From the NCBI RefSeq assembly GCF_001194135.2, contig NC_068984.1, positions 138,114,111-138,158,985 on the forward strand: a stretch of 44,875 bases of DNA. Direction: 5' to 3'. Shown piece after piece: positions 21,862 through 32,975 of this stretch. Made by a program: the position numbers and the translations under genes. The notes under the pieces were generated by a model. That model was not told the DNA's origin and ran no database searches. It was given only the letters and a program-made list of their open reading frames with translations. This DNA comes from Octopus bimaculoides. Lineage: Eukaryota. Numbering within the stretch: position 1 is the stretch's first letter; every line of letters starts with the position of its first letter.

Positions 21862-22511
21862 TGGCAAACCCATAGCTTAACCCTATGGCTGCGATATGTT
21901 GATGACACCTTTATACTCTGGCCCCACCAGGAAGATGTCCAAGTGCTGTTAGATCATGTGAACTCAATAAAGCCATCCATACAGTTCACAATGGAAAAAG
22001 AAACAGACAATCAGCTAGTATTCCTGGAAGTATTAATAACACGCACCAAGTATAGATTCAGGACATCCGTATATCGCAAGCCAACCTTTACTGGACGATG
22101 CCTCAACTTCAATTCCCACCAACCATACAGCGTAAAGAGAGGGATTGCTCAGTGCCTAAAACATCGTGCAATGAATATAAGTAGCGATTGTGATACCCAC
22201 CACGAAGAAATGATCCAGCTCAGTAACAATCTATTAAGCAACAACTACCCCAAAAGCATACTCTCCACTCCAATTATGAAGAAAAGAGGGGATGAAACCG
22301 ATAAACTGTCCACAGTCTGTCTACCCTATGTGAAAGGCCTCTCCGAAAAGATACAAAAGATATGCGGCCCATTTGACATCAAGATAGTATTCAAAAGTAA
22401 TACAACACTTCGCAAATATCTCTTTCGAGCAAAATCACCAATAGAAGAGAATATGACCAAGAACTGCGTGTACTCCATCCCATTCTGCTGTGGTAAGTTA
22501 TACAAAGGTGT
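21862..22511 (+). mobile_element. Penelope-like element fragment: RT catalytic motif, thumb and start of GIY-YIG
   Basis: Open frame LWLRYVDDTFILWPH...SIQFTMEKE...LVFLEVLI...VYRKPTFTGRCLNFNSH...LPYVKGLSEKI...CVYSIPFCCGKLYKG. Truncated after the YIG-equivalent motif. Confidence 0.9.
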
Positions 22512-22579
22512 TGTTATCTGTTTGGTGGGATATGAAAGGTTTAGTCCACTTTGAACTTTTAAACCCAAACCAAACGATA

Positions 22580-22870
22580 ACAAAGGAGATCTACTGTGAG
22601 CAGCTTGAGCGGCTTAAGTTAGTGCTAGAAGAAAAATGACCGTCTTTGGTTTCAAAACGAAAGGTGTTCTTCCATCAGGATAATGCTTGGCCAAATACAG
22701 CGAGGATGACATTCCAAAAGCTGAAGCAGTTTGAATATGAAATGATGCCCCACCCACCATATTCGCCGGATACTACCTCATCTGATTATCATTTATTCCG
22801 CAGTCTTCAATGTTATTTGGACGGAAAATTATGAATTCTGATAGACGAGGTCAGAGCAGTACTGGATGCG
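22580..22870 (+). pseudogene. mariner transposase C-terminal remnant
   Basis: YCEQLERL...VFFHQDNAWPNT...HPPYSPDTTSSDYHLFRSL, containing the second and third D of DD34D. Confidence 0.85.
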
Positions 22871-23029
22871 GCAGAGTTGCTATGTCCGTCCATTGAGGTG
22901 TCACACACCTAACCTTGTTGTCGCATCCAAACTTGGCCGGTGACACGACGCGCTCATAGTGCATATAAAACAACTTGGGGTGGTGATATGCGTCTGACGG
23001 CTCAAATTACGATGGAAGATTTGGGGAAA

Positions 23030-23470
23030 GCCTTAGAATGATAAAAGAAGTATTAATGGTACTAATAAAACCAGATCAAACACTGATGTACTTCTAGTGA
23101 GCGACTTCAGTTTTCCGACCTCAGATTGCTCAAAGGCGGTTACCTCAAGAATGTCAAGCTAAGAATAGTATCAAGCCAAAACCCCACTTGATCTCACGAA
23201 GTGGACGTTCGTGGAAAGAATGTTATGTCCGACCAGAAACAACAATATCATAAACTCTACGTTGCCAACAACGTGAAGGCGTCGCCAACGATTCTCGCAG
23301 ATTGCCACATAGTAGAATTAACAATGTACAGTCCAAAAAATACTCGAAGATGTATACCACGCAGGATTCATCAAATTCTATCCAGCTTAGGCTTCTACAA
23401 GGCTGATTGAAAATCTGTTCTAAGCGAGTTCCTCAAACAAAATTGGAACAGAAGTCTATCTAAGCAAAGC
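23030..23470 (+). pseudogene. CR1/L2-group LINE APE endonuclease remnant
   Basis: DVLLVSDFSFP (GDFNFP-like), LYVANNV..SPTILADCHIVEL (SDH-like) and LGFYKAD. Frameshifted. Confidence 0.55.
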
Positions 23471-23479
23471 ATTGACATG

Positions 23480-23761
23480 CAGGGGCGTAGCTAGGATAAA
23501 TGGCGCCCAGGGTAAGCATCAAAACGGCGAAACACCACCCCTAACCAAAAAGCAGCGCATGCATTTTGTGAGATCAAGTAAGGACACTTATTCTGTCTAG
23601 TGGCGTGGATGGCGATAAGCAAAACAAACCATGCTTGAAAAAGATTAAAAATTTTTTTTATGGCTTAATTGGAAAATGATCGTGGCCGTAATTGCACCCC
23701 CCCCCTTCAAAGTGGGGCCCAGAACATATGCCTTTCTTGCCCCACCCACGCTACGCTCCTG
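23480..23761. mobile_element. hAT-type MITE
   Basis: TIR caggggcgtagc / gctacgctcctg (11/12). 8-bp TSD ttgacatg / ttgatatg at 23472-23479 and 23762-23769. Confidence 0.8.
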
Positions 23762-23916
23762 TTGATATGAAGCTCAAAGATTTAATGACAATAATGCAAG
23801 CCATATTCATTAAATTAGCCATTAAGACAAGTGATAATTTATAATACTTATGGGTTCTTGAGAATAGCTTCATATGTATTGTTTAAATTCATTCACACCA
23901 CCGCACTGAGTTATTG

Positions 23917-23994
<78 letters not shown>

Positions 23995-24200
23995 GCACGC
24001 ACGCACATATACTCATACACACACACGCTCATACAAACACATACGCACACACACACACACATGCTCATATAAAGATGCATGTGTACATACTTGTGTACAT
24101 CTGTATGTATGTGTGCGCGTGCGTGTGTATGCGTGTATGCATGCGTGTGTGTGTGTACGTATGTGCGTGTGTACATTCAAATTAATACATGTATACGTGT

Positions 24201-24897
24201 GAAGGCGCGTGGCTTAATGGTTAGTGCATTCGGTTCACGATCGTGAGTTCAATTCCCGGTGACGTGTTTTGTCCTTGAGCAAGACACTTTATTTCACGTT
24301 GCTCCAGTCGACTCAGCTGGCAAAAATAAGCAGTACCTGTATTTCAAAGGGTTAGCCTTGTCACACTGTGTCACGCTGAATCTCCCTGAGAACTATGTTA
24401 AGAGTACACGTGTCTGTGGAGTACTCAGCCACTTGTACGTTAATGTCATGAGCAAGCTGTTCCGTTGATCGGATCAACTGGAACCCTCGTCGTCGTAACC
24501 GACGGAGCGCTCCTTTTAGTGGAGGTACAATGGCCCAGGGGTTAGGGAAGCGGACTCGCGGTCGTAGGATCGCGGTTTCGATTCTCAGACCGGGCGTTGT
24601 GAGTGTTTATTGAGCAAAAATACCTAAAGCTCCACGAGGCTCCGGCAGGGATGGTGGTGGCAAACCCTGCTGTACTCTTTCACCACAACTTTCACCCTTT
24701 ATTCCTGTTTCTGTTGTACGTGTATTTCGAAGGGCCAGCCTTGTCACCCTCTGTGTTACGCTGAATCTCCCTGTTAAATGTTAAGGTTACACGTGTCTGT
24801 GGAGTGCTCAGCCACTTACACGTTAATTTCGCGTGCAAGCTGTTCTGTTGATCGGAGCAACTGGAACCCTCATCGTCGTAACCGACGGAGTGCCACG
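24201..24897 (+). mobile_element. tandem SINEs: family D (24201-24513) then family C (24521-24897)
   Basis: Two different tRNA heads with a shared 3' body ending gtaaccgacggag. Confidence 0.85.
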
Positions 24898-24927
24898 ACG
24901 ATGTATACGTACATATGTATGTATGTA

Positions 24928-24961
<34 letters not shown>

Positions 24962-25079
24962 CGAGCGTATGTATGTGCGAGCGCGTGTATCTGAGTTACC
25001 TCTCTTTATACATGACTTTATGGAGTCGATAATACGTTATAAAACACAGAAGTAGCCTTCTAGTCCGAGTTCAATCTGC

Positions 25080-25080
<1 letters not shown>

Positions 25081-25141
<61 letters not shown>

Positions 25142-25570
25142 TGAGAGTGAGAGAGAGAAAAAAAAGAGAGTGTGTGTATGGGGAGGGGGGGTTCAGAGAA
25201 AGTGAGATAGACAGTATGTGTGTGTGTGTGTGTGTGTATAAGAGAGAGAAAGAGACAGAGCGATAGATAGATAGATAGATAGATAGTTAGATAGATAGAT
25301 AGATAGATAGACAGGTACAAAGATAGATAGAGAGTGTGCGTGTGTGTGTGTGTGTGTGAGAGAGAGCGAGAGAGAGAGAGAGAAAGAGAGATAAATAAAG
25401 CGTGTGTGAGAGAGAGAGAGTGTGTGTGTGTGAGAGAGGGAGAAAGAGAGATAAATAGAGTGTTGTGTATGTGAGAGAGAGAGAGAGAGAGAGCGAGAGA
25501 AAGAGAAACAGAAATTGATAGAGTAGGTGTGTGTGTGAAAGAGAGAATGAGAGAGAGAGATAGAAAGTCT
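25081..25570. repeat. compound (TG)n/(AG)n/(GATA)n low-complexity tract
   Basis: Directly visible. Confidence 0.9.
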
Positions 25571-25985
25571 GTGTGTATGCCTCTGTTTCTCTTATCAACA
25601 TGTGGAATGACATGTGTTCCAAGGGACGCTACTCCGGATTTAGTAACCCTCTTTCACCTAAACTTGCGACGAAGCTACGCAAGATATTTAAAAGAAAAAA
25701 AAATCAATATTTTTATCAATTACATACAAGGTTAAGTGGTCTGAAACTCCACATGCGGAATACAAGAAAAGTCTGTTAATATGATCAACGCATGTGTCAT
25801 CGATAACAGTCGATTGTATTCTTTTTGATGTGATAAATCATATGGCAATTACCGTTCATTACATCAACTAATTTATTGGTTTCAAATTTTGGCATATGGC
25901 CAGCCATTTTTGGGCAGGGGTTAGTCGATTACACCAGCCCTAGAACTTCAACTGGTACTTATTTTATCGACCCCGAAAGCATGAA

Positions 25986-26515
25986 AGGCGCATGTGTGGT
26001 AAGAAATTTGCTTCCCAACCACATGATTCTGGGTTCAGTCCCACAGCGTAGCACCTTGGGCAAGTGTTTTCTACTATAGCTTCGGGCCGCCCAAAGCCTT
26101 GTGAATGGTTTTGGTAGACGGAAACCACAAAGGAGCCCGCCGTATATATATATATATNNNNNNNNNNNNNNNNNNNNNNNNNNNNNNNNNNNNNNNNNNN
26201 NNNNNNNNNNNNNNNNNNNNNNNNNNNNNNNNNNNNNNNNNNNNNNNNNNNNNNNNNNNNNNNNNNNNNNNNNNNNNNNNNNNNNNNNNNNNNNNNNNNN
26301 NNNNNNNNNNNNNNNNNNNNNNNNNNNNNNNNNNNNNNNNNNNNNNNNNNNNNNGTTTGTCCACCACCGTCACTTGACAACTGATGTTGGTGTGTTTACG
26401 TCCCCGTAACCTAGCGGTTCGGCAAAAGAGGCCAATAGAATAAGTACTAAGCTTACAAAGAATAAGTCTTGGGGTCGATTTGTTCAACTTAAGGCGGTGC
26501 TCCAGCATGGCCGCA
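25986..26515 (+). mobile_element. family A SINE spanning a gap, preceded by a family B fragment (-)
   Basis: Head, CORE-like segment and tail match 5993-6417. Confidence 0.75.
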
Positions 26516-27395
26516 TGCTCGCATTCATGCATATATACATGCTCGCATACATACATACATACATACATACGTACATACATACATACATACATACATACAT
26601 ACATACATACGTATGTATGTGTGTATATATGTATAGCTAGATAGATAGCTAGATAAACACGTCTGTGTGTGTGTGTGTGTGTATGCTTGTGCGCGTGTGT
26701 GTGCGTATCTGTTTTCCTGTGTGTGTGCGTGTGTGCGCACGTGCGTTAAATTAAGGTTATTATTTTCGAGCTAGTTTAAGAACGACAGCAAAAATTTGCC
26801 GATGATGTCCGATTGGTTTTATTGTTGGAGCTGTCGAATCTCCAGCTTCAAACTTCCGTGTCTACTTTTAGGACCTTTCACCGAGAATGAGACAGGGAAA
26901 GAACGAGGTAAGGAAAGAATCAGGAAAGGGAAACTGATGTTTAGGTTGTAACTATTACTTTATTAATTGCAAAAATCCATATTTTTGGTATTTATCTTAA
27001 TATTATTGTTTTGTATAAAATCATATAGAAGAGAGGTAATACCATTTTATCGTAGATACAATGGACCACATTTGAAATTTAAAAGCCGTCGATTCATTAG
27101 TCATTTGCTGAATTACTGACCATACCTGGAAATATATTTTCATTGTTCTTAATAACTTGTGTGGTTTCAAGTATCGCTTCAGTCTGTTGCTCTATTGTCG
27201 ACTCAAATAGACCATTTTACACTTTCACCTTTCTTAAAGTAATTTTTTTAAGGGAGGCTACTCTAGATAGATGACAATAGTTATCTCCCTTGGAATATCT
27301 TCGCAAGCTGTTCAGATTTTTACGACTAATTTCCGCACACACATACACGCACACGCACACGCTACTACTATTTTTACTACCTATCCAACAACAGT

Positions 27396-27717
27396 GAAGG
27401 CGCGTGGCTTAGTGGTTAGGGGCATTCGACTCACGATTGTAAGGTCGTGAGTTCAATTCCCGGCGACGCGTTGTGTCCTTGAGTAAGACACTTTATTTCA
27501 CGTTGCTCCAGTCCACTCAGCTGACAAAAATGAGTAGTATCTGTATTTCAAAGGGCCGGCCTTGGCACACTCTGTGTCACGCTGAATCTCCCTGAGAACT
27601 ACGTTAGGGGTACATGTGTCTCTGGATTTCTCAGACACTTGCACGTTAATTTCACAAGCAAGCTGTTCCGTTGCTCGTACCAGCTGGGACCCTCATCGTC
27701 GTAAACGACGGAGTGCT
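27396..27717 (+). mobile_element. tRNA SINE family D, full length
   Basis: gaaggcgcgtggcttagtggttagggc head. Perfect 14-bp TSD cctatccaacaaca at 27380-27393 and 27718-27731. Confidence 0.88.
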
Positions 27718-27919
27718 CCTATCCAACAACATTGTTTTCGCATCCATATATAAATGTGCAAAGACTTAACACGTGCTTCAAGAAATAAATACTTATGTAT
27801 TGGTAAGAATATATTCATAATGATTATATGAATGAAAATTCTTTCATTAACTTGATGGAAGATTTTGCATAAATCAAGGATTTATAATTTAGTTATCAAA
27901 TTCCCCCCACCCACTGTAA

Positions 27920-28430
27920 TGTCATCATAGTGCTGGGCGCCTTCCACACCATTCCACCCTTAACAAGATCACAAAGCATAGCCCAGACGTCGCAGGCATC
28001 CCTTTCCAGCTCGAACCAGCGGAGCTAGACGAAGGTGATGGTAGAAGGCCTGACGGTGTGACAATTTCCCGTTCTGTGGCGGTAGGCCCATCTTCTGGGA
28101 TGCTACATGCTGTGACAACTTCTCTAATGGCAACTTGGTATTGTCAGCTACCAGCCCAAGTCCCGCTGCTCGCCAGGCTGAGTAAAAAAAAAAAAAAAAA
28201 AAAGAAGCCGTCAAGGTATCAGTCGCTCTTCGATAGGTTCATGACGGAGCTTGTGGCAGTGGAGACCTCTGGCGTTCTTTGCCCGTGGAATATAACCCAG
28301 CTCACCGCTATCAAGGCGGTGATGGTTGTCTGCAAGTACTAGTTCCGTGAGTCAGAGGGACTGTTCCAGCGCATCACCCTCGTCATCGTCCGGAGCAACA
28401 GCTTTTCCATTCTCTCTGCTGGTGCCGTGA
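27920..28430 (+). pseudogene. CRE-clade non-LTR retrotransposon 3' fragment (end of zinc knuckle plus RLE)
   Basis: CHHSAGRLPHHSTLNKI...AGIPFQLEP..LDEGDGRRPDGVT, a frameshift, then FPFCGGRPIFWDATCCDNFS...AARQAE...YQSL...VAVETSGV...LFQRITLVIVRSNSFSIL. Confidence 0.8.
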
Positions 28431-28688
28431 GAAACATTTCTATATCACGTGTGGCAAGATTCTCCGTTAGCTTTCACTGCTACTAATTTGTGAGGCTATT
28501 GGTTCATTTTGAAATTTTATTGTCAGTTATGAACGCCGAGGGCTGGCAGATTCGGGAGAGCTACGCCGGAAATATTTTGTGTTATACAGGTATATTCTTT
28601 GGCGTTCTGCGATAGAATATTGCTTAGATGGACTTTGCCTTTCATCGTTATAGAGAAGAGAAAGGAAGCGCTAGGTTCTGATATAAAT

Positions 28689-29075
28689 ATCGTATTTACT
28701 CATGTTTATGTCGCACAAATATATACTTGATTTTAAGTGAAAAGACTGGGGTGCGGTTTATACACGGAGTAAAGCTAAAACTATGAAGGGGTAAACGTTT
28801 TGTACCAAGTTTCGGTTTCAAATTTTACCACAAGGCTTGCAATTTTTGGGGAAGAAGGTAAGTCAATTACATCCACCCCAGTGCTCAACTGGTACTTATT
28901 TTATTGATGAGAGGCAAAGTCGACTTTGGTGGAATTTGAACTCAGAATGTAAAGATGGACGAAATGTTGCATTTACCCGCATCCAAATGATTCCGCCAGC
29001 TCACCGCCTTATTTCGTACCAAGATTTAACACTGAATTAGGGGTGCGACCTATACGCAAGTGCGACGTACATTTT
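28689..29075. mobile_element. pogo-like MITE remnant with a nested family B SINE (-, about 28810-29015)
   Basis: cgtatttactcatgtttatgtcgca and two ggggtgcg(a/g)..tatac(a/g)c subterminal repeats. gtaccaag duplicated at 28802-28809 and 29016-29023. Confidence 0.45.
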
Positions 29076-29347
29076 TACATTTTGAATTAGAAACGCATTG
29101 AAATGACTGTTTTGTAGCGGGAACATTCAGCAATCACTTAATGTCATAATTCACTAGAATATTCCCCACGTGATCAACAAAATCTGACCAGTCACGACTT
29201 CGCGTCGAATAGGCTCTAGCGACGTCATCTTTTGACACGCTTCCTTCTGAGCCTATCAATCAGTATGAAGTGTGAGAGGTAAAACAGAGGAGAGGGTGAC
29301 TAAAGGGACGTAAATTAGAAAAGCCGAAGGAAAGTTATGGATAACAC

Positions 29348-29770
29348 AGGCACAGGAGCTGCTGTGTGGTAAGAAGTTTACTTCCCAATCACATGATTCT
29401 GGGTTTAGCCCCAAAGCGAGGCACCTTGAGCAAGTGTCTTCTGATAAAGTTTCGTGCTGACCAAGAGCTTGTGAGTGGATTTAGTCGCTGGAAACGCGAA
29501 GAAGCCCGTGTGTTTGAATGTGTGTGTGTGTGTGTATGTGTGTGTGTGTTTGCGTCTGTATTTACTCTCTCCCCAGCACCACTTGACAACCGGTGTTGGT
29601 GTGTTTACATCCCAGTAATCTAGCGGTTTGGCAACAAAGGAGAATCGATAGAGTAAATCCCAAGCTTAATAAAAATAACAGCTTGGGGTTGATTCATTCG
29701 CCTGAAAGTTCTTCAGGGAAGTGCTCCAGCATGGCCGCCGTCTAAATGACTGAAACAAGTAAAAGATAAA
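29348..29770 (+). mobile_element. family A SINE, diverged full-length copy
   Basis: Colinear with 5993-6417. Confidence 0.75.
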
Positions 29771-31258
29771 TGAAATATCACGATCTCCCAGCTTTCTGTT
29801 ACCTAAAATATAAGTCTCTCCCCCCAGTCTGGTTGAAAGAGAATTCGTTATTAATGTATAATGCATGTGTGAACCAAATGAAAGCCATATACCGAGGTTT
29901 CTTGTAACAAGAACGAATAAATCAGTAGTCGACTGTATTTTCTCAACATATAAAGTGTGGAAAACGATACGACGAAAACGATACTGTTACCAAGCTTCCT
30001 TTTATACGAAGAACTATGGTATTCCACAACAAATGAGTATTCAGTGTTGGTATTTATTCTTTTGAGGATCAATTGTAATTTTAGATGATGTGAGAACGAA
30101 CATTAGAACATGGTTTAACATTAGAACGTGGTTTAACATAGTTTAGGTTTCACTTTGAAAAACGTTATTACGATTACATGAAACGATCAAGATGATTTAG
30201 TCGTTTTAAAATATGCTTTGCCAGTTAACAATCCAACTTGACGAATATCCATGTACTGTTGTATTTCCTGAGTGAGATACAACAGTTTCTGTCTCCTCTC
30301 GGATTCAGTCATAAGGTATTGGATAGTCTGGGGCTTATACTAGAAGACACTTGCCCAAGTTACCGTTGCCGCACAATGGCACTGAACCTAAAACCACGTT
30401 TTGTAATGAGAGCTTAACTGCACAGCCATGCCTAGGATCGATATTAGATAACAGTCGCACACCATATAAATTATGATTCCGCTCCTTTGCATCATGAGAT
30501 TAATTCTTGCTGGAGCTGACTGCATCTTTCAGTCCGTCAAAGAACAGTTTTCTTTTCCCCTTCTGTGTGAAGTCAATAAAATAAGTATTAGTATTATATT
30601 TTGCTGCGTTTAATCCTTTCTAATGTTTGATTAACCCTTTGTAAAAATTGTCTTTGATAACGAAAAAAGTAAAGGGCCCACCTTGTTAACAACATGATTT
30701 TAAATTCGATCAGACAAGAAAAGGAAGCACCAACTCTTAGATGAGAGCAATAATCTTACATCTACTAGGTCGGTGTCTTTGCCTTGTCATCCAAACGTAT
30801 TTTCGTTGTCTTTTCTATAAATATTTCCATAGTTATAGCTCTGATGAACTTTCTGGTTTAGTACCTTTTCTCGAAACCTTTAAAATCTACTTCTCTTCTC
30901 TTTCCACGAGCATCGTTTTTCTGCTGAGTTTGTTGTTTCTCATAAGTACTTTTATTTTAACAGAATCTTTCCTCAAACTGGTTCTTTCTGGAACTCACTA
31001 ACATCGTCTTGATTTCATCTGCTCTATGACATTCAGTTTTTTAAGCTTTCTGTCAATCTACATCTTTTAGATTTGGAAGCCCCTTCTTTTCTTTCCTTGT
31101 AGTCCCATGCGATACAGGCAACACTGGCCTTATTTGGAGCAAAACCGTATAAGAAATTTTCTAAAAAAAAAAAAGAAAAAAAAGCGTAATTAAAAATTGT
31201 TACATTTTTAATTGAAATATATTAGAAATAACAAACGTTAAAACGAAATATCTGACGT

Positions 31259-31655
31259 AGTTGTATGCTGTCAACTTAATGTGACAGTCCCCTGAAGGGA
31301 ATAATACTACTGTTGGTTAGACTTAGGAAGCTGCACCGCTTCCTGTCGGCCTCGACACATTTCCTGTGTCCTTACGTTTACAAGGGGGGAGACAAGCACC
31401 TCCACCCAACTAAGCCTGCATCCAGATACATGTTTCTGAGTCTTTACTCGTCATCAGTCGGAGTAGCATGACCTGCTAGTCGAAGATGCCTGTCAAGCTC
31501 TTGTAAGCATAATAATTCTAGTGAAATACATTCACTGATTTCAAATTTAGAAATAATACATTTCTAAATCTCACATTAAGTTGACAGCATACAACTACTT
31601 CATCGTATCACTACTGCATAAATCTCTCTGAGAGATTTAGAAATGTATTATTTCA
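31259..31655. mobile_element. fold-back element, copy 3, containing the complete hammerhead
   Basis: Same arms as 1141 and 3376. TSD aaata(t/c)ctgacgt at 31246-31258 and 31656-31668. Confidence 0.8.
31421..31462 (-). ncRNA. minimal type I hammerhead motif (family 2)
   Basis: Minus strand reads uccga-CUGAUGA-c-gagu-aaag-acuc-a-GAAAC-AU-GUA-ucugga. Stem III is the palindrome ACAUGU. Stem I has one bulge, and the pair closing stem II is a C.A mismatch. Confidence 0.6.
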
Positions 31656-32262
31656 AAATACCTGACGTTTACATTTCTGATGTAGACAGCACGTGTTACG
31701 TCCAACATCAGTCGACTGTTTTACAACAGATATACAAACAAATCGCAAAAATTCCTTGTATCTGGGGTAAAAATTTCTGATTAAAAAAAGACACCACAAT
31801 ATCTAAAATGAAACAACGGTTAAATATAAATATAGTTTGTGACTTGTCGCTAGCTGTTACTAATAGCAAAATTAAGACATCACTTAGATTAATTACATTT
31901 AACGATTGTCATACTTATGTTATATTTAATATTAGACTTTTCAAATGGTTACAGTCTGTGGTTTCCGTCAAGTAATTTAGAAGTTAATTTTGGCAACAGC
32001 TCTTTTTCATTTCTTTTCAGAAGTGTACAGAATGTAGAGAAAATATTTTGCAGGAATGGTTCTGTTATTTAACAAACTTAAGTAGACATAAGTGGCGTAG
32101 CAAGAGTATGTGCCGCCCAGATTAGCCCTTGAGTTTTCTCACACCTGCCTCCAGTGGCACTAAGCTTATACAATGTACAGAGTTATACTGAAGAACCAAA
32201 AGTTCCATCCCATAAAAGTGTTGCCTGGTGTGGTTCACCCCTCACCCCACTACTTATGCTAC

Positions 32263-32975
32263 TGCTGATCTAAAGCATAATTTTGATATGAAAAGTTCAA
32301 TGCTAAATTAGCATATCCTCGGATAATAAACGATTTAAACAAATATTTGCCTAGCTATACATAACTGTAATATTTATGGGGAGATATCTTCATTGATGAA
32401 ATATTTTGTAGAGGTCAAGGCAGCGAGCTGGTAGAAACGTTAGCACGCCGGGCGAAATGCTTAGCGGTATTTCATCTGCGTTCTGAGTTCAAATTCCGCC
32501 GAGGTCGACTTTGCCTTTCATCCTTTCGGGGTCGATGAAATAAGTACCAGTTACGCATTGGGGTCGATGTAATCGACTTAATCCCTTTTGCTGATGTAAA
32601 GCATAATTTTGATATGAAAAATTCAATGCTAAATTAGCATATCCTCGGATAATAAACGATTTAAACAAATATTTGCCTAGCAATACATAACTGCAATATT
32701 TATGGGGAGATATCTTCATTGATGAAATATTTTGTAGAGGTCAAGGCAGCGAGCTGGTAGAAACGTTAGCACGCCGGGCGAAATGCTTAGCGGTATTTCA
32801 TCTGCCACTGCGTTCTGAGTTCAAATTCCGCCGAGGTCGACTTTGCCCTTCATCCTTTCGGGGTCGATGAAATAAGTACCAGTTACGCACTGGGGTCGAT
32901 GTAATCGAATTAATCCCTTTGTCTGTCCTTCTTTGTCCCCTCTATGTTTAGCCCCCTACGGGCAATAAAGAAATA
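32263..32975 (+). repeat. tandem duplication of about 330 bp (32263-32588, 32589-32921), each unit carrying a family B SINE
   Basis: Near-identical units. Only the second SINE continues into its full tail. Confidence 0.85.

Noticed and set aside
30841-30880. CTGATGA...GAAAC spacing resembling a hammerhead
   Set aside because: The intervening sequence cannot form stem II, and stem I is absent.
30741-31100. ORF on plus and a purine-rich pseudo-coding stretch on minus
   Set aside because: Multiple stops and no recognisable motif.
32090-32264. Second hAT-like MITE (agtggcgtagca...tatgctactg)
   Set aside because: TIRs are weak and no TSD was found.
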